From NCBI RefSeq assembly GCF_030684315.1, contig NC_081356.1, positions 16,579,197 to 16,643,196 on the forward strand: 64,000 bases of DNA. Direction: 5' to 3'. The DNA comes from Stegostoma tigrinum (taxonomy: Eukaryota). Every line of letters begins with the position of its first letter. Within the stretch, counting starts at the first letter, position 1. The notes under the pieces are model-generated. The model worked only from the letters and a program-made list of their open reading frames with translations, made no database searches and was not told the DNA's origin. A program made the translations under genes and the position numbers. This document shows positions 51,600 to 64,000 of the stretch, piece after piece.

Positions 51600-52520
51600 T
51601 TGGTTGTAGACTGACAAACCAAGATTAGGGCAGATGTCGACAAGGAGAACTCAGGATACAGCAGGATGGGCTAAACTTGAGCAGAAAAATGGCAGTTAAT
51701 TTCATAGTGAAATTTAGTGCATTTTAGAAGGCCTCTTCTTAGAAGGAAGTGTGCAGTAAAGTTGTTTGTTAGCTAGGGAGACTAGGACCCATGGGCACAG
51801 CCTTAAAATTTGAGGTGGGGGGGGGGGGGGGGGTAAATTTAAAACTGAAATGAAAGCATCCATCAATTTTAATATCTTGATCTTACAAGGAATCAAGGGC
51901 TATCGGAGTGCAGGGAAGTGGAGTTGAAATGCCCATCAGCCATGATTTAAATAGTGGAGTGGACTTACTTCCCTGCCATTGTCTTATGGTCTAACACTCA
52001 ACCTCCAGAAGGGGCTGTACATACAGCCCCACAGTTTCCTGAAGGAGATGAGTGTGGCCAAGAGCAAAGTATGCTTGCCTTCATTGGTCAGGTATAGTGT
52101 AGAACTATGTAGGCCACACTTGGAATACTGTACAGTTCATGGCTCCACTAACAAGTGTGTGGAGGCTTTGGGAGGATACAAAAGGCTTACTAGCATGTTG
52201 CCTGGTTTAGAGGGTATAGCTGAGATTGGACAAAACTGGTGTATTTTCACTTATGTTAATTGAGGTGCTCTGCCAATTGAGGCATGAGTCTTTGTGCCTG
52301 ACCCCACTACCCAGAACATCCAGCACTAGGAGACTACCTTCAACTGCACTCCTGCATATTAAGATAATGAGTGGCTAGAAGGCACTGCCAGAGGACATGG
52401 AGGCAGATACAATAGCAACATTTTAAGAGTTGCCATATTCAATTATGAATAGGCAAGGAGCAGAAGGGTTAGACTATGGCAAAAGTTGAGACATAGCTCA
52501 ACAGTCTTTGGGCCACTGGG
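51600..52520 (+). mobile_element. CR1 LINE 3' fragments
   Basis: aggacccatgggcacagccttaaaatt, RPHLEYC motif, aagggctatcggagtgcagggaagtggagttga. Confidence 0.6.
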
Positions 52521-53119
52521 CTTTTTGTGCAATATTTATCCTGATTCTTTCTCCTATCCCATCAGCCATCAAATGGGAGTCAGAGCATTGTGCCAAGCAG
52601 TCTGTCCATGTGACCAATTACTGACCAGGGTCCTCCACAGTTCACCCACCAATAGGCATTAGGTTAGGGTGTATTTGGGGCATTGCAGCTAGAAAACAGC
52701 ATACAATCAAAGCCCAGGGAAGGAAAGGCTGCCTCAAGATAGAGGCTGCCACTGGGATTACAGCATGTCCCATTCTCTTAGTGATGAACTATAGACCACC
52801 CCTCAGGAAATGGTTGATATCTCACCACAAGGGCTGACAGTTCTAGTATAACTTGAAGCTGTCCAAAGATTAGCAAGATGTCAGTCAACTGGCTTTGCAG
52901 TCCCTTCCTGATTTGGAGAAACATGATTTGGTTATACCGAGGGGGCACTTTTTGATTTTAAAATGAACTATAGCTTTCAGTCCTCCAATAGGAAAAGCTG
53001 ACTGCCCTGAAGTAGTATGAGTGCAGAGGCTGAGTTATCACTTTGCCACAATTTTTGTACAATATCAACTGACACTTGTCAAGATTTCAAAGCACTAACT
53101 CTACTTTTTTCTTTTGCAG

Positions 53120-53140
53120 ATACCACAGACAAGCAATTGA
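53120..53140 (+). CDS. lrp13: lrp13 probable terminal exon (IPQTSN*)
   Basis: Acceptor tttttcttttgcag; TGA at 53138-53140; AATAAA 47 nt later. The frame depends on the exon 28 donor. Confidence 0.6.
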   Translation: MPQTSN

Positions 53141-53186
53141 AGCCTGTAGAAACTTTTTAACCTGTTGGAAATTGTATTTTAGTTCC

Positions 53187-53192
53187 AATAAA
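53187..53192 (+). terminator. Polyadenylation signal of lrp13
   Basis: AATAAA after the terminal exon, followed by GT/T-rich sequence (gggtctttcttttc). Confidence 0.6.
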
Positions 53193-56100
53193 TAGCTGCA
53201 ATGTGCCCTCGGGTCTTTCTTTTCATAAGTTTAAATTTGTGTTTAAATTCCAACACTTGTGTGTAGTTGCATTCAAAGTAATGCAGCATGCAATTCATAT
53301 ACCACCCCCCAAGGTGGTGCTCAGATGAAGCCAATCAGCATATTCCTTCATGGCTGTAAGGCATCTCATACTTGTAAAATGCAGATGGCATTTAAAATAG
53401 AATTGAGTCGTCAGAATGGTCTCAATGTCAATTAAGTTTCCTTTCCCTTTTGGCTCTACTGAAATCTACCTGCATGGTCCTAGCACCACCTGTTGTAGGA
53501 GGTAAGTAAGGTTTCTAATGTTCCTTATGCTGAAGATTAGCTGAATTTGATCACCTTTGACCATTAGCTGGACTGCATCTGATTTTGATTGAAATGCTGC
53601 TCCTGGAGTTTAAAATTAAGCAACATTGACATTCTTCAGCTGTTTGTAAAGCTAAAGACTAATGCTGCCCTATTACTGTACTTTAGGCCAACTTGAGTAC
53701 CGAATACTAGAATAGTCTTTGATCAGTCCAGTTGCTCTCTGGATATCTAATCTATGATTTTTTTATTCTTAATTTCTAGTTGACTTGTCCCTCGAGCTGT
53801 TTTTGTCACTTGCCTGTTTATCTTCTATTGTGGTAATGCCACTTAATTGCCTTTGATCCTTCTGTCATCTGGTTTGTTTTGACCTAACAGCATTTAAACT
53901 TTTAATAAACTCATCAGAATGCAATCATTGCACAATATTTCAACACCTCACATCTAATCGTCATTAATATTACACCTGGGCAGCTGGCAGTATTGATAAA
54001 ATTGTTGGAAAACAAATTGTGCACACTAGTGCTGTTCTGCCCAACACCAACTCCTGATTTTTTTGTATGGTGACCAAACAAATTCCAAGGTTGGAAGACT
54101 GGGTTCACAGAATTGCAGGGGTTGGCTGTTTGACTCAGTGCCAGCTGCCAATGTGCAACATGACTCATCTCTTGCCTTCCCCATACACTTCCATGTCTAC
54201 TTAACCTGTGTCCCACACTTCCAGATTGTGCATTCCAGACCTGAGCTGCTTGAGATGAACATCACCACTACATTTGCTAACCACCTAATTATGCTTTTTG
54301 GTCCTCTTCCCACAACTTTTTTCCACCTATCCTGTCTGGCCCATGACTAAACTTCATTCTCCATTTTGGATGCTTCTTTGTAAGAAACCAATCCCAATCT
54401 CAAACTTCCTTGGTGCAGAAACAAGATGTGGTCATTGTGCATATGACATAGCACCTAGAACTACATAGTATTCACCTAGCTAAGGTCAAATTTCAGCATC
54501 AAAGGCCCAGATACTGTTTCAGTATCTGCTGTTAGAACCTGTGACACTTCCAATGGGTGGTATGATAGCTCTGTACTTAGCACTACAGCTTCCCTGCTAG
54601 GGACCCATGCAGTCTCCCAGTGTGGGGATTGAGCATGGATTTTTGCATGTTCTCAATGTCTGCTGTCAGGCACAGATTCTGCATACATGTGTTGGCCTGA
54701 TAGGCAATGCTAACATTCATATCCAGGAATGTGCTGGCTAGTCCATTAAGATGGAGGCTTTTTGGGGTGGGATGTTCTTCAATCAGTGTGGACTCCAGGC
54801 TGACTGGCTGCCTCTTACACTGTGTAGGGATTCTGATGTAACACAGGCTGTTTCCATGAACGTCTTCCCTTTGATCCCTAATCAGCACTGTTCTCTAGAA
54901 CATGGGATATGGACATCACTGGTTGGACCAGCATTTGGCCATTCTTGGCACTGCCTTTAGATTGTGGTGAGCTATAACTTAATGCAGTGTACTTGTTGGT
55001 ACTCACTGCTTTAGTTGCATGAGTTCCAGATTTTTGCCTACCTTCACTCCGGATTCTTTCCAAGGCAGCATGGTAAGTGACCTGGAGGGAGAATGGTTGG
55101 TTTTTATTTGTGCATACAAGATTCTTCAAACTTTAGCTCAGCCTACACTCCTCCTTCCCTGCTTCTCATGATTGCACTTCCCCTAGAGTCTTCAGTCTTT
55201 TCTGGTTCTGTATTTGTACTTCCACTTGTCACTTCCTATGACGCTGCTTTTTCCAATGAAGTCAGTGTTCTACCAGCAGCTTTTCCTTCACTCCCATTGG
55301 GTTGAGCTGAGACACTCAAGCATAATCCTATACTTTACAACACACAGATCACTAGCTAGATGCTTCCTCTGAATCTATTTGACCCATCTCCTTTCGAAGG
55401 ACCAGTGTCTAAAAGCACACTGCTTTAACACTTTGCCCAGGTATACTTAGTACCAGCCCTGATCTTGCTCCAAGATCAGGATTGCCTGTTTTTGGGGTTG
55501 GTCTTTCTCCTTCTTCCAATGCCATTTGAACTTTCCTATTGGCTTGTACAACCTGACTAAGTATTTTGTGCATCTTAGTATTCTCTAACACTCAGCTTTT
55601 GAACCACTACCCCACAGTTTTTTAAAAGCCTGTTACCTAAACATCTGCAAAACACTTTGTAAGGATTGCAGCCTCAGTCCTGATCCCATGCAACCTACCT
55701 GACTTATAGGTGCCACCACCATCTTTCTCACCATGTCTTCCCTTATCTTTGCCTCCTTTTTTGTACTTGCTTATGCCTGATCTCAACATGTTTTTGAGGT
55801 TCTGATTATTTAGGTAGCTAGTAGAAAAAAATTGCAGGACCACCCCCACCTAACTCTCAGTAATGAGCACTGGAAGCTGGCTGTTTGTCTTCCTAGTGCC
55901 AATGTCAAGCTTTTTGTAGGACATCTCTCCTAGGGAAGAGTAATGGGCTGTTCCAGAGTCATAGCTATGATAAAAATGCCTCTCTTCCCCACTCTATACT
56001 ATCTTCCATTCTGTTCATGCTACAATTGTGCATCTGCTCCCTTCAGCTTCTAAAACCAAACTATTAAGGAGCTGGGCCCAAGAACTGAACACATGGCATT

Positions 56101-58111
56101 TCTAACTGGCAGGACTAGTGCATCCAATAACTTAAGACAATGTTAGGATCCATGATGGCTTACCATGTAACAGGTCACCTCTCCCATTTGACTAATAGGT
56201 TCTTACAACCAGTGTCTCCAAATGGTTTGGCATTTTGAGCCATCTGCAATGGTAAGCTGGTGCTCTTGTGTATTTTGCTCCATCACCTGGTTCACAGCCT
56301 TCCTGTTGTGCTGACCCTGAAGACTAGTCTGACTAATGCTGCCTTAATAGGTTTTTGCTGACCTGGCAGGGGACGCTTGTGACGTGCTGGTAGTGTCCCC
56401 ACCCCCCTGACCCAGACTCCTAATTTGAAATCACACCACTACATACAACACAACATCTGTCGGGTGGGGGTTAAGATTAAACTAACCACCCCATTCCTCT
56501 TGGCTCCTTTGGAATCTGTCTTCTCAGGTGGCTCAAGAGAAAAATCGATTAATTTATCTGGAATAAATGAGATGACAAATAGAACAGGGGTTGGGTCATA
56601 AAGAGCAGACAGTTTTGGGAGTCTAAATACAGAAGTCATTTATTGGCACAAATAATTAATAATGCTGGAGAAATTTGGGTTTGGTAGCATCTGTGGAGAG
56701 AAACTAACATTCAGACTGGCTTAAAACTCAGCTCTCGTCATTGACTGAAGGCTGCAATAAAGTCAGGAGCTGAGTGACCCTGACAGAACCCAAATTTGGC
56801 ATCAGTAAGCAAGTGGTGCTCAATAGTGCTGAGGATGATACCATCACTTGCTAATTTTTAAAAAGTGGTTTGATAACTGGCTGACTTGGATTTGTCCACC
56901 ATTATGTACAGGACACATTTGGGCAATTTTCCACTTTGCTGGGCAGATGCTGGTGTCTGTAGCTGTATAAGTATAACATGGCTAGGGCAGCAGTATGTGC
57001 TCCACAAACTGTCTTCATACTTTTTGAAAGATTGTCAAGGTCTGTAGCCTTAGCAGCATCCAATGTCTCTAATCTTTACACTTTGCAGAGTAAATCAAAT
57101 TGTCTGGAGTGATGTCCTGCAGAGATCCTAGGATCACATGCCCCCTTATTTTATCAGCAGATAATATTCCTTTTATTGTTCACTTGTGAAAACTAAATAT
57201 GGTCCTGTCATCTATATTGCAATACAGAAAGTATTGTTTTGCATGCTGTGTACACATTGTTCTACCCTGAATCACTATGGCAGTGCAGAATACACTGTTA
57301 CAGCCACACTGGGGTGGAGAGAACAGAATGAGGTCAGTTGAAGTGATAAAAGCAGGGAGGAAACTGCACTTGAATCTGATCATACATGTATTCAAACTTT
57401 ACACTCTTCCACTGCCTTGAGTGTAATCAGATTTGAGAAGGGGTTTTTGACTATGGTTGTGGGAAATGTAGATGGAGTCAAAGTACAAAACTAGTTTGTG
57501 TGATGGACTGGGCTATGTTCACAACACCATAGTTTGTGTTCTTGGGAAAAGCTGTTACCAAACCCCACTAATGCTGACATGTCTGAATGCTTTCTTTTGT
57601 GCATTTACAAAAACTGGTAAGAGTCCTTGTGGACATGCTGAGTTTCAAGAGACTTGTGTTTAAACCCTCTGGTCTTGCTCATGGTGAAAAGCATATTTTC
57701 AATGGAGGAAAGTATAGCCACTATATAAAAGTGATGGTTAAAAGTAACTTCAACTTGTGATCAGTTTGAGACAAGAGGGCTGATGATTCACTCCTCACCC
57801 ATTTAGCAAATGACTTCAATCTCTTTGCCCCATAGAATAGAATACATTTTAAAAAGAGGACTCATTACTTTCAGGAAATGCATTAATATCAATTTTCCTC
57901 CACCACAATCACTGGATCTCAAACAGGAAGTAGTGGTAATTCCAAAGTTTACACTTGACCAAACTGTTCTGATACTGCAGCTTGGCATCAACCCAACAGT
58001 ATGTAAACATTGCTCAAGTCCATGCTGTCCACAAAGCAGGACAAATCCAATCTGACCAATTGGTGACCTGTCAGGCTTAATCAGCAAGTGACAAACAACC
58101 TCTTGGATATC

Positions 58112-58216
58112 AAGAACTGCAGATGTTGGAGTCAGTCAGAGCTGGAAGAACACAGCAGGCCAGGGAACATCAGTGGAGCAGAAAAGCTGACATTTCAGGT
58201 GGGGGCACTTCAGAAA
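58112..58216 (-). mobile_element. Diverged family-1 Penelope terminus
   Basis: gaactgcagatgttggagtc...gctggaagaacacagcaggcca...aaaagctgacatttcagg, similar to 10140-10245. Confidence 0.65.
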
Positions 58217-58787
58217 TGACACCTGTCCTTGATGTTCAGTGGCTTTTGATAAAGCAGCCTGGTATTTGTACAGTCTCTGACCTGCCTGAGTAACTATACT
58301 GAGATTTTCATCTACCACTGAAGATCAGTATTAAACATTGTTTAGCTTATCTTAAATTACCTCCTTGCTAACATTTTTAGATGTCCTCATCTTGTTCCTG
58401 TCATTATAGGAAATTGGTATGAAATGTCTGTGCTTTGTCACACTAGCAAACTATTCTTGTACTGTTCAATTAACTGTTTCTTCATTCCTTTTGAAAATCA
58501 GGTCTGTCTAAAATTAAACCACTTTGGTTTTACCTACCTTAGACTTTTTCATCCACATTTACTCAAAGTATGTCAATCCAGGCTTCTCTTCAATCAAACT
58601 TGAGGGAAGGTAGCATTTATTGCAATAACTCTTCTGTATCACATGCAATGTAATGTGCTTAAAGGCACCGAAACACTTCATGGATTGAGCAAGAGTCTTA
58701 CTGAACAGATGACCATAAGTTTGGTCAAAAACACAGATTTTAAGCAGTGCCTTTAAAGAAGAGAAGTGAGCAAAAAGGTTTCTCCAA

Positions 58788-59080
58788 TTCATTCACAGGA
58801 TGAGGGTGTTACCAGCTAGGCAGTAATTATTGCCCAGAGGCCAGGTCAGACAATGACAATTGCATAGGTCTAGAGTCACATGTAGGCCAGACAAGGTAAA
58901 GATGGCCTTTTCCTTCCCTAAAAGGACATGTGAACCAGATGGGGGTTTTCCTACAACTGGCTTTTCATGATTATTGTTACACTATTTAATTCCAGATACT
59001 TGGAATTCAAATTCCATCTGTTGTGGCAGGATTTGAACCTGGGTCACTGAATTAACAGTCCAGTGCCTAATACCACTCAG
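58788..59080 (-). mobile_element. tRNA-derived SINE, reverse copy of 520-885
   Basis: ttcattcacaggatgaggg...acatgtaggccagacaaggtaaagatggc...ggatttgaacctggg. Confidence 0.7.
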
Positions 59081-61528
59081 CCCTCAGCTCCCTGTTTGCA
59101 GAGGTATCCTATATCTCAGACTAGGTGCCGAAGCCACTGCCACCCATGGTGAAGTCACTAAGTTTGAGTTGCTTTAGGTAGTCTAATTTAAAGCATAGCT
59201 GATACCTCATTTGTAGGGCTGCAGACTACGGTAATAAGGAGGCACTCAATTGAGAAGTGGAATGGAAGTTTCAAGTGGAACAGGTTTGGACTAAGTGTCA
59301 GTTTCAAATTGTGGTCTGCAGCTCTCAACGTTTTACTTTCTCACTTCAATTCTTAGCACAATAAGTGAATTCCTTCCACCCTTGACTCAGTGCAGGAACT
59401 AGACTGTAGCTCAAGTATAAATTTAAGTGAATCAGATTAAGTATAGTACAGATTTCAAACAATGAATTTGATTTAGTGTTGGATGGGGTGGGTGGTGTGC
59501 AGTGAAAGTGTGACTTGATTACTCAACTGTCTAATAGTTGGTTCCTATTTTGTAATAGAAGGTGCTGTTGCTGGGAAGCTACTTAAAACAAATCACTTGG
59601 TATAGTTTAAAATATGACAGGGCAGCTTGACCAAGTGGAACATACAGCCTATGGAATGTGAGAAGTCACAGATGCAACATCCACACAAAATTTCAGCATC
59701 TCCAAGTTTCAGCTCCAGGCTTCAGGACTTGAGTAATTGCTGGAGCCACTCTTGTGCATCCACAAGACAGGACTAAGCATATGGCAGATCGAGATGTCAC
59801 ACCTCAGCTTTAAGGGGTGTGAGGACTAGGGACTAATAGGTGATCAAAGATACCTAGGCAGGTACTGAGTCTCCTGAGATTTCACTTGCATTTTGGTTTT
59901 TTCACTTTTGGATATTAGTGAAGGCAATGATTCCTCTGAGCAAGGCAGTCAAAGCCAAAGCAGTAGCACCACATAGCTCAGCTTCACAAAGAGGCACTAA
60001 ATTTTTTTTCTAGCTATGGGAACAGATGGGCACATTAGCAGTCAAACAGGACTCTACCATGGTCTGGTGCCAGGGTCAAGGATTTTACAAAAAAGCTGCA
60101 GAATCAAGCCAGAGGTTTAGTACTGATACAGACCACACAACCCTAGTAAGGGGGATGAGGTTCTGAAAGCAGATTTCAGAGCTAGAAATGTGGGGACTAA
60201 CTCACTGTCTGTGTGGGACATAATTCTGGTGCACACTTTCCAATTAAGTGCATGACATCACTGAACTAGATAGCATTCACTTGTAGCTGAGGCCATGACT
60301 TCCAAATATTGAGATGCTTGCCTACTGTCAAGGGTAAAGGACATCTCCTTGCAGCAGGAGTGGGGAGGAGAGGATTCATTTATCCTTACATCTGAGTTGG
60401 GAGCAGCACTGGGCCCCTTCATACCTGCTTCACCATTTAATAACATTGTGACTATTTTGATTTGTAATTTCCTCATGTCCACCCACCCTGCTAACCCTTT
60501 GCTACCTTACTCTAGTGGTCCATGAAGGAGCCAGTGAGGCATTAAAAACAAGAGCATAATAATATTGTGGATGCTGGAAAATCAAAAACTGAACCTGCTG
60601 AAAATACTTGCTGGAGATGGAAACAATTAACATTTGCATTTGAATAATGTCTGTGCTAGTAAGACCTGGATAAATTTAGATTTGGGCTAATGAGTGGCAA
60701 GTAACACGTGTCACATGCCAACCATAATCATCTCCAGTGAGACTTTTAACTAAATGGTGGTTATTTAATAAGTGATTACAATGGGTGGTTTTTTGGTAGT
60801 GGTAAAGGCTGCTCACTTGTGTGAGACCATTTCTACTTAGACTGTCTGGTCATCTTGGGAAAACTCATCCTGAGGGAAAGAAACATACATTGCACCAAAG
60901 GATGAAAAGAATCTTGGATTAAACAGAACCAAAAAAAATGCTAGAAATCATGGCAGGTCAGGCAACATTCATGGAGAGAGCAAGCTAATGTTTTGAGTCT
61001 AGCTGACTCTTCATTTAAGGAAGACCTGGCAACTTTGTGCTTAAAATGGTATCCTTCAGTTGTGCTTTCTCTCAGCATCCTTTTTCATTAATGAAATGCA
61101 CCATTTTCTGAATCTAAAACAGTTTTGGGCAGTTGGTTATTGGAAAACACACCCCAACACATAACTGTTTTTCATTCTAGAGCTGATTTTTAAACTGGGC
61201 AGCAAACTGGCAAGAAAAGTTGTGGTTTTTTTTAAAGACTTATTTAGATCTACAACTCTGCCTTGTGAAATAAACAACATTCAAACTAACATCCTCAGTG
61301 ACTAGGGTGTTGGTTATTATGTGATTGTGGGCTGAAGACCATAATCAGATCAGCTTTAATCCTATTGAATGATGGTAAAGCTTAGGGAGACCGAATGACT
61401 TACTCCTCTTAATTCATATTCTTGTAAAGTATATTCACAAATGTAGAAGGGTTGGGCTAATTAAATTCACCCTAAAGCAGGTGTATTATTTAAAGTTTGT
61501 TTTTGGGGCCTGTGGGTCAGGTTGTGGA

Positions 61529-61774
61529 TGAGGTTGTAGACTTGCTCCCTGAGCCAGTAGGTTTGGTTCATATGTTTCATCACCCTGCTCAGTAACATTG
61601 TTTAGTGTGCCTCTAATGAAGCATTAGTGTTCTGTCCTGCCTGTTAACCGAGGCATATAAATAACACTTGGAGAATACCAGTGCTTCACTGGAGGTGCAC
61701 TAAACAATGTTACCTAGCAGGGTGATGAAACATTGCAACCAAACACTGGCTCAGCAAGCAAGTCTGCAACCTCA
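61529..61774. mobile_element. Palindromic Penelope-derived element, family 3, with degenerate hammerhead
   Basis: Inverted arms of about 110 bp (tgaggttgtagacttgct...gaagcattagtgttct / agaataccagtgcttc...agcaagtctgcaacctca); core-like ctaaacaatGTTACCtagcagGGTGATgaaacatt. Confidence 0.7.
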
Positions 61775-63156
61775 GGTGGATGATTATATTCCACAGGAGG
61801 TTGAATTTTGCCAGAAATAAAGCTCCCTATTTGCTTTACTCCGATCCTTGGCTTTCACAATGTGATTGACAGGGAATTAATTATATTGAGCTGTGATTGT
61901 GTGAATGTTCCTTTTGATCTAAATGATAGGCAAGTGGGGTGTGTAAAGAAAGCAGTCTTTACCTTGTATCTACTTGCAGAGTTGCCTAGCACTCCAAAAA
62001 AATGCACCTGACAGGCATTTTAAAGCTAGATTTTGATTATGCATTGACATTGAGTGAGTGATTTACAGATTTTGCTTTTTTAAAAAAGGAAACAATCTTG
62101 TTCAAACAGGAGTCCCTGTGTTCCACTATTCTTGACCTCATCTGTAGCTTTTTTTAATGAATGCAACAGTTTTTCTTATTGACTCTCTTCTTGCTCATCT
62201 ATTCAGTATCTGGCATCAAAGTGGGAATAAACAATAACTGTCTGTAGCACAGCTTCAACAAAAGTGGGCCTATTCTTTCCAACTCTCTAGAAACATTGCA
62301 TCTTTCTATAGTAGTCTATTTGGTCTTTGCTCCTTACTTCATTTCCATAACATGACTCAATTACAATTCTCTTAGCTGAGTTTCAAATCTTACTGTTTTG
62401 TAACACTATGAACCAAGGTAGGATGATTTTTTTTTTCCTCCTTACCACACTTCTGTTTTTGTCAAAGAAGGTTGTTTCCAATAGCTGACAGTACCTCCCT
62501 TGAACTAAAAGCTGCACATTGTGTGTAGCTCAAACAGGATGGGGTGTTTATAGGCTTAACTATGACCTCTTTTATTACACTTGCTACATTGTACAGTGTG
62601 TGGTGTTAAATATCACATTCTAAAATGAATAATGGAATTTATTTATGATAAATAATTATACAGACACAAACATACAGCAAAATGATGTGAATTCTTCTAA
62701 ATCAGATTACATTATAAACATTAGAAGTGGATAATATTATAATCCACTGCTGTCTGTACAATTTTAGCAACTAGTGATTACACTCATCATTTCTAAATTG
62801 ACATTATAGAACAATGGGAAAGAACAGTGAATTCATCATATTCACAACAGAGCTGAAAAGATACCTATTCTAAATATCTCTCTATCCCTCATTTATCTAA
62901 TTTCTCTTTCACTTTAAATGAAAGACTGAATGGCTTATTGTTATGTATATCTAAGGGACAGTGAAGTGTGAGATACAAAAGAATAAAAAGAGAAAGCAGT
63001 TAAATAGAATTCATCTTCATCAGCCACGGTCCTAAACAGGGTTTCGGGACTTAAGCAAAGTCCCTGCTCCAGGCCTACCACGGCAAGGAGTCCCCAGTCA
63101 GCCTCTGGAGACATCAGCTCCAGTAATGGCAATGTTTTCAGCTTTCTCACTTGATG

Positions 63157-63185
63157 ATTATTATTATTATTATTATTATTATTAT
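63157..63185. repeat. (ATT)n microsatellite
   Basis: About 9-10 ATT units, directly visible. Confidence 0.95.
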
Positions 63186-63369
63186 CATCAGAAACCTATT
63201 ATTTTACAAAATAACCTGTGGAAGAATATATTAAAGGGACAACTTGTGCTCTCAACAAGAATCTGGGATTTACAGGATCGTGATTTAATAGTCTGCAAAC
63301 GTTTGACTTCCAATCGCTACAAGAAGCACAAGGACACAAGATGATTCCTCAGCTACACTGTCACAGATT

Positions 63370-63423
63370 CTCACGGTTCCCCTCCCCTTCGTCCTCACGG
63401 TTCCCCTCCCCTTCGTCCTCACG
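63370..63423. repeat. 24-bp perfect tandem duplication
   Basis: ctcacggttcccctccccttcgtc twice, plus ctcacg. Confidence 0.95.
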
Positions 63424-64000
63424 TGAACTTCAGAGATTGTAACAGTCTATACTACACTCAGTGCATTTAAAGTTAAATTTTGTTTCCAATGTCATCCAAT
63501 GGTTTATTCCATAATACTTTGTGCCCTTCACAAGGGTTGTTTTTGCTTGCTGTTCAAATAGCTTACAATTTCCCTTTAATATCCTTAGAAAAGACATATT
63601 CACTCATTGAACTTTGCTTGTTGACTGAAAACAACATTTAACCATGAATTCACTTACCCAAGCATATCTCAAATTCCATTACTCTTACCTTGTCTAACAT
63701 ATTGCATTACCATTAGCCACAGAGCAGTTTTATAATTATACTCAATGACTGTTAATTAACTTTGTCAACTCCAGATTTCCATTAGGTTCTCATGTAAATT
63801 CATTACTTTTGTTCATTAAAAAAAATCACGTTGCATTTTTCAGGATTTGAGCATTTTCAAGCATTTGCCAGCTTCCTAAAGTCCATTGCATATCAGCGAT
63901 GGATGGCATATAAATGCTTTGTCCTTGATAATGTAAATCTCATTGCTTTCATTGAATTATTTATCATTAATGGATTTTTAAACAATTTTAGTCTGCAGGT

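Larger units (their letters stand above)
11037..53140 (+). other. lrp13: Whole-gene span: Lrp13-like LDL-receptor-related protein (putative vitellogenin receptor), 29 coding exons, about 1778 aa
   Basis: The exons listed below join in frame through GT-AG introns. The domain order ends propeller-EGF-propeller-EGF-single LDLa-S/T stalk-EGF-TM, preceded by a 7-LDLa cluster, which is the Lrp13 'LR7+1' layout. Orthology is inferred from architecture only. Confidence 0.8.

Noticed and set aside
62941-63153. GC-richer open stretch in an AT-rich region (possible last exon or 3'UTR of a neighbouring gene)
   Set aside because: No convincing acceptor or recognisable protein on either strand.
1-64000. 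CRISPR arrays, operons, tRNA or rRNA genes
   Set aside because: This is eukaryotic intron-exon DNA; the tRNA-like boxes belong to SINE heads and no repeat-spacer array is present.

Overview
Vertebrate (cartilaginous-fish, probably carpet-shark-like) genomic DNA. I reconstructed by hand a 29-exon + strand gene (ATG 11037 to TGA 53140; 5337 nt, about 1778 aa; all introns GT-AG and phase-compatible). It encodes an LDL-receptor-family type I membrane protein: signal peptide, 4 LDLa, EGF, YWTD propeller, EGF, EGF, 7 LDLa, EGF, cbEGF, propeller, EGF, propeller, EGF, 1 LDLa, S/T-rich stalk, EGF, TM and a short tail without NPxY. The C-terminal '7+1' part matches the oocyte vitellogenin receptor Lrp13, here with an extra N-terminal module and what look like decaying exons of a lost propeller. 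Head-to-head with it, on the - strand, is the first coding exon of a paladin (PALD1-family) gene. The rest is mostly retroelement debris (CR1/L2 LINEs, HE1, Deu and tRNA SINEs, Penelope-like elements). The most striking non-coding signal is a set of short, often palindromic, Penelope-derived insertions from three distinct families. They carry a minimal hammerhead-ribozyme core, several have 10-14 bp target-site duplications, and their arms share copy-specific variants. All coordinates were read manually; repeat boundaries are approximate.
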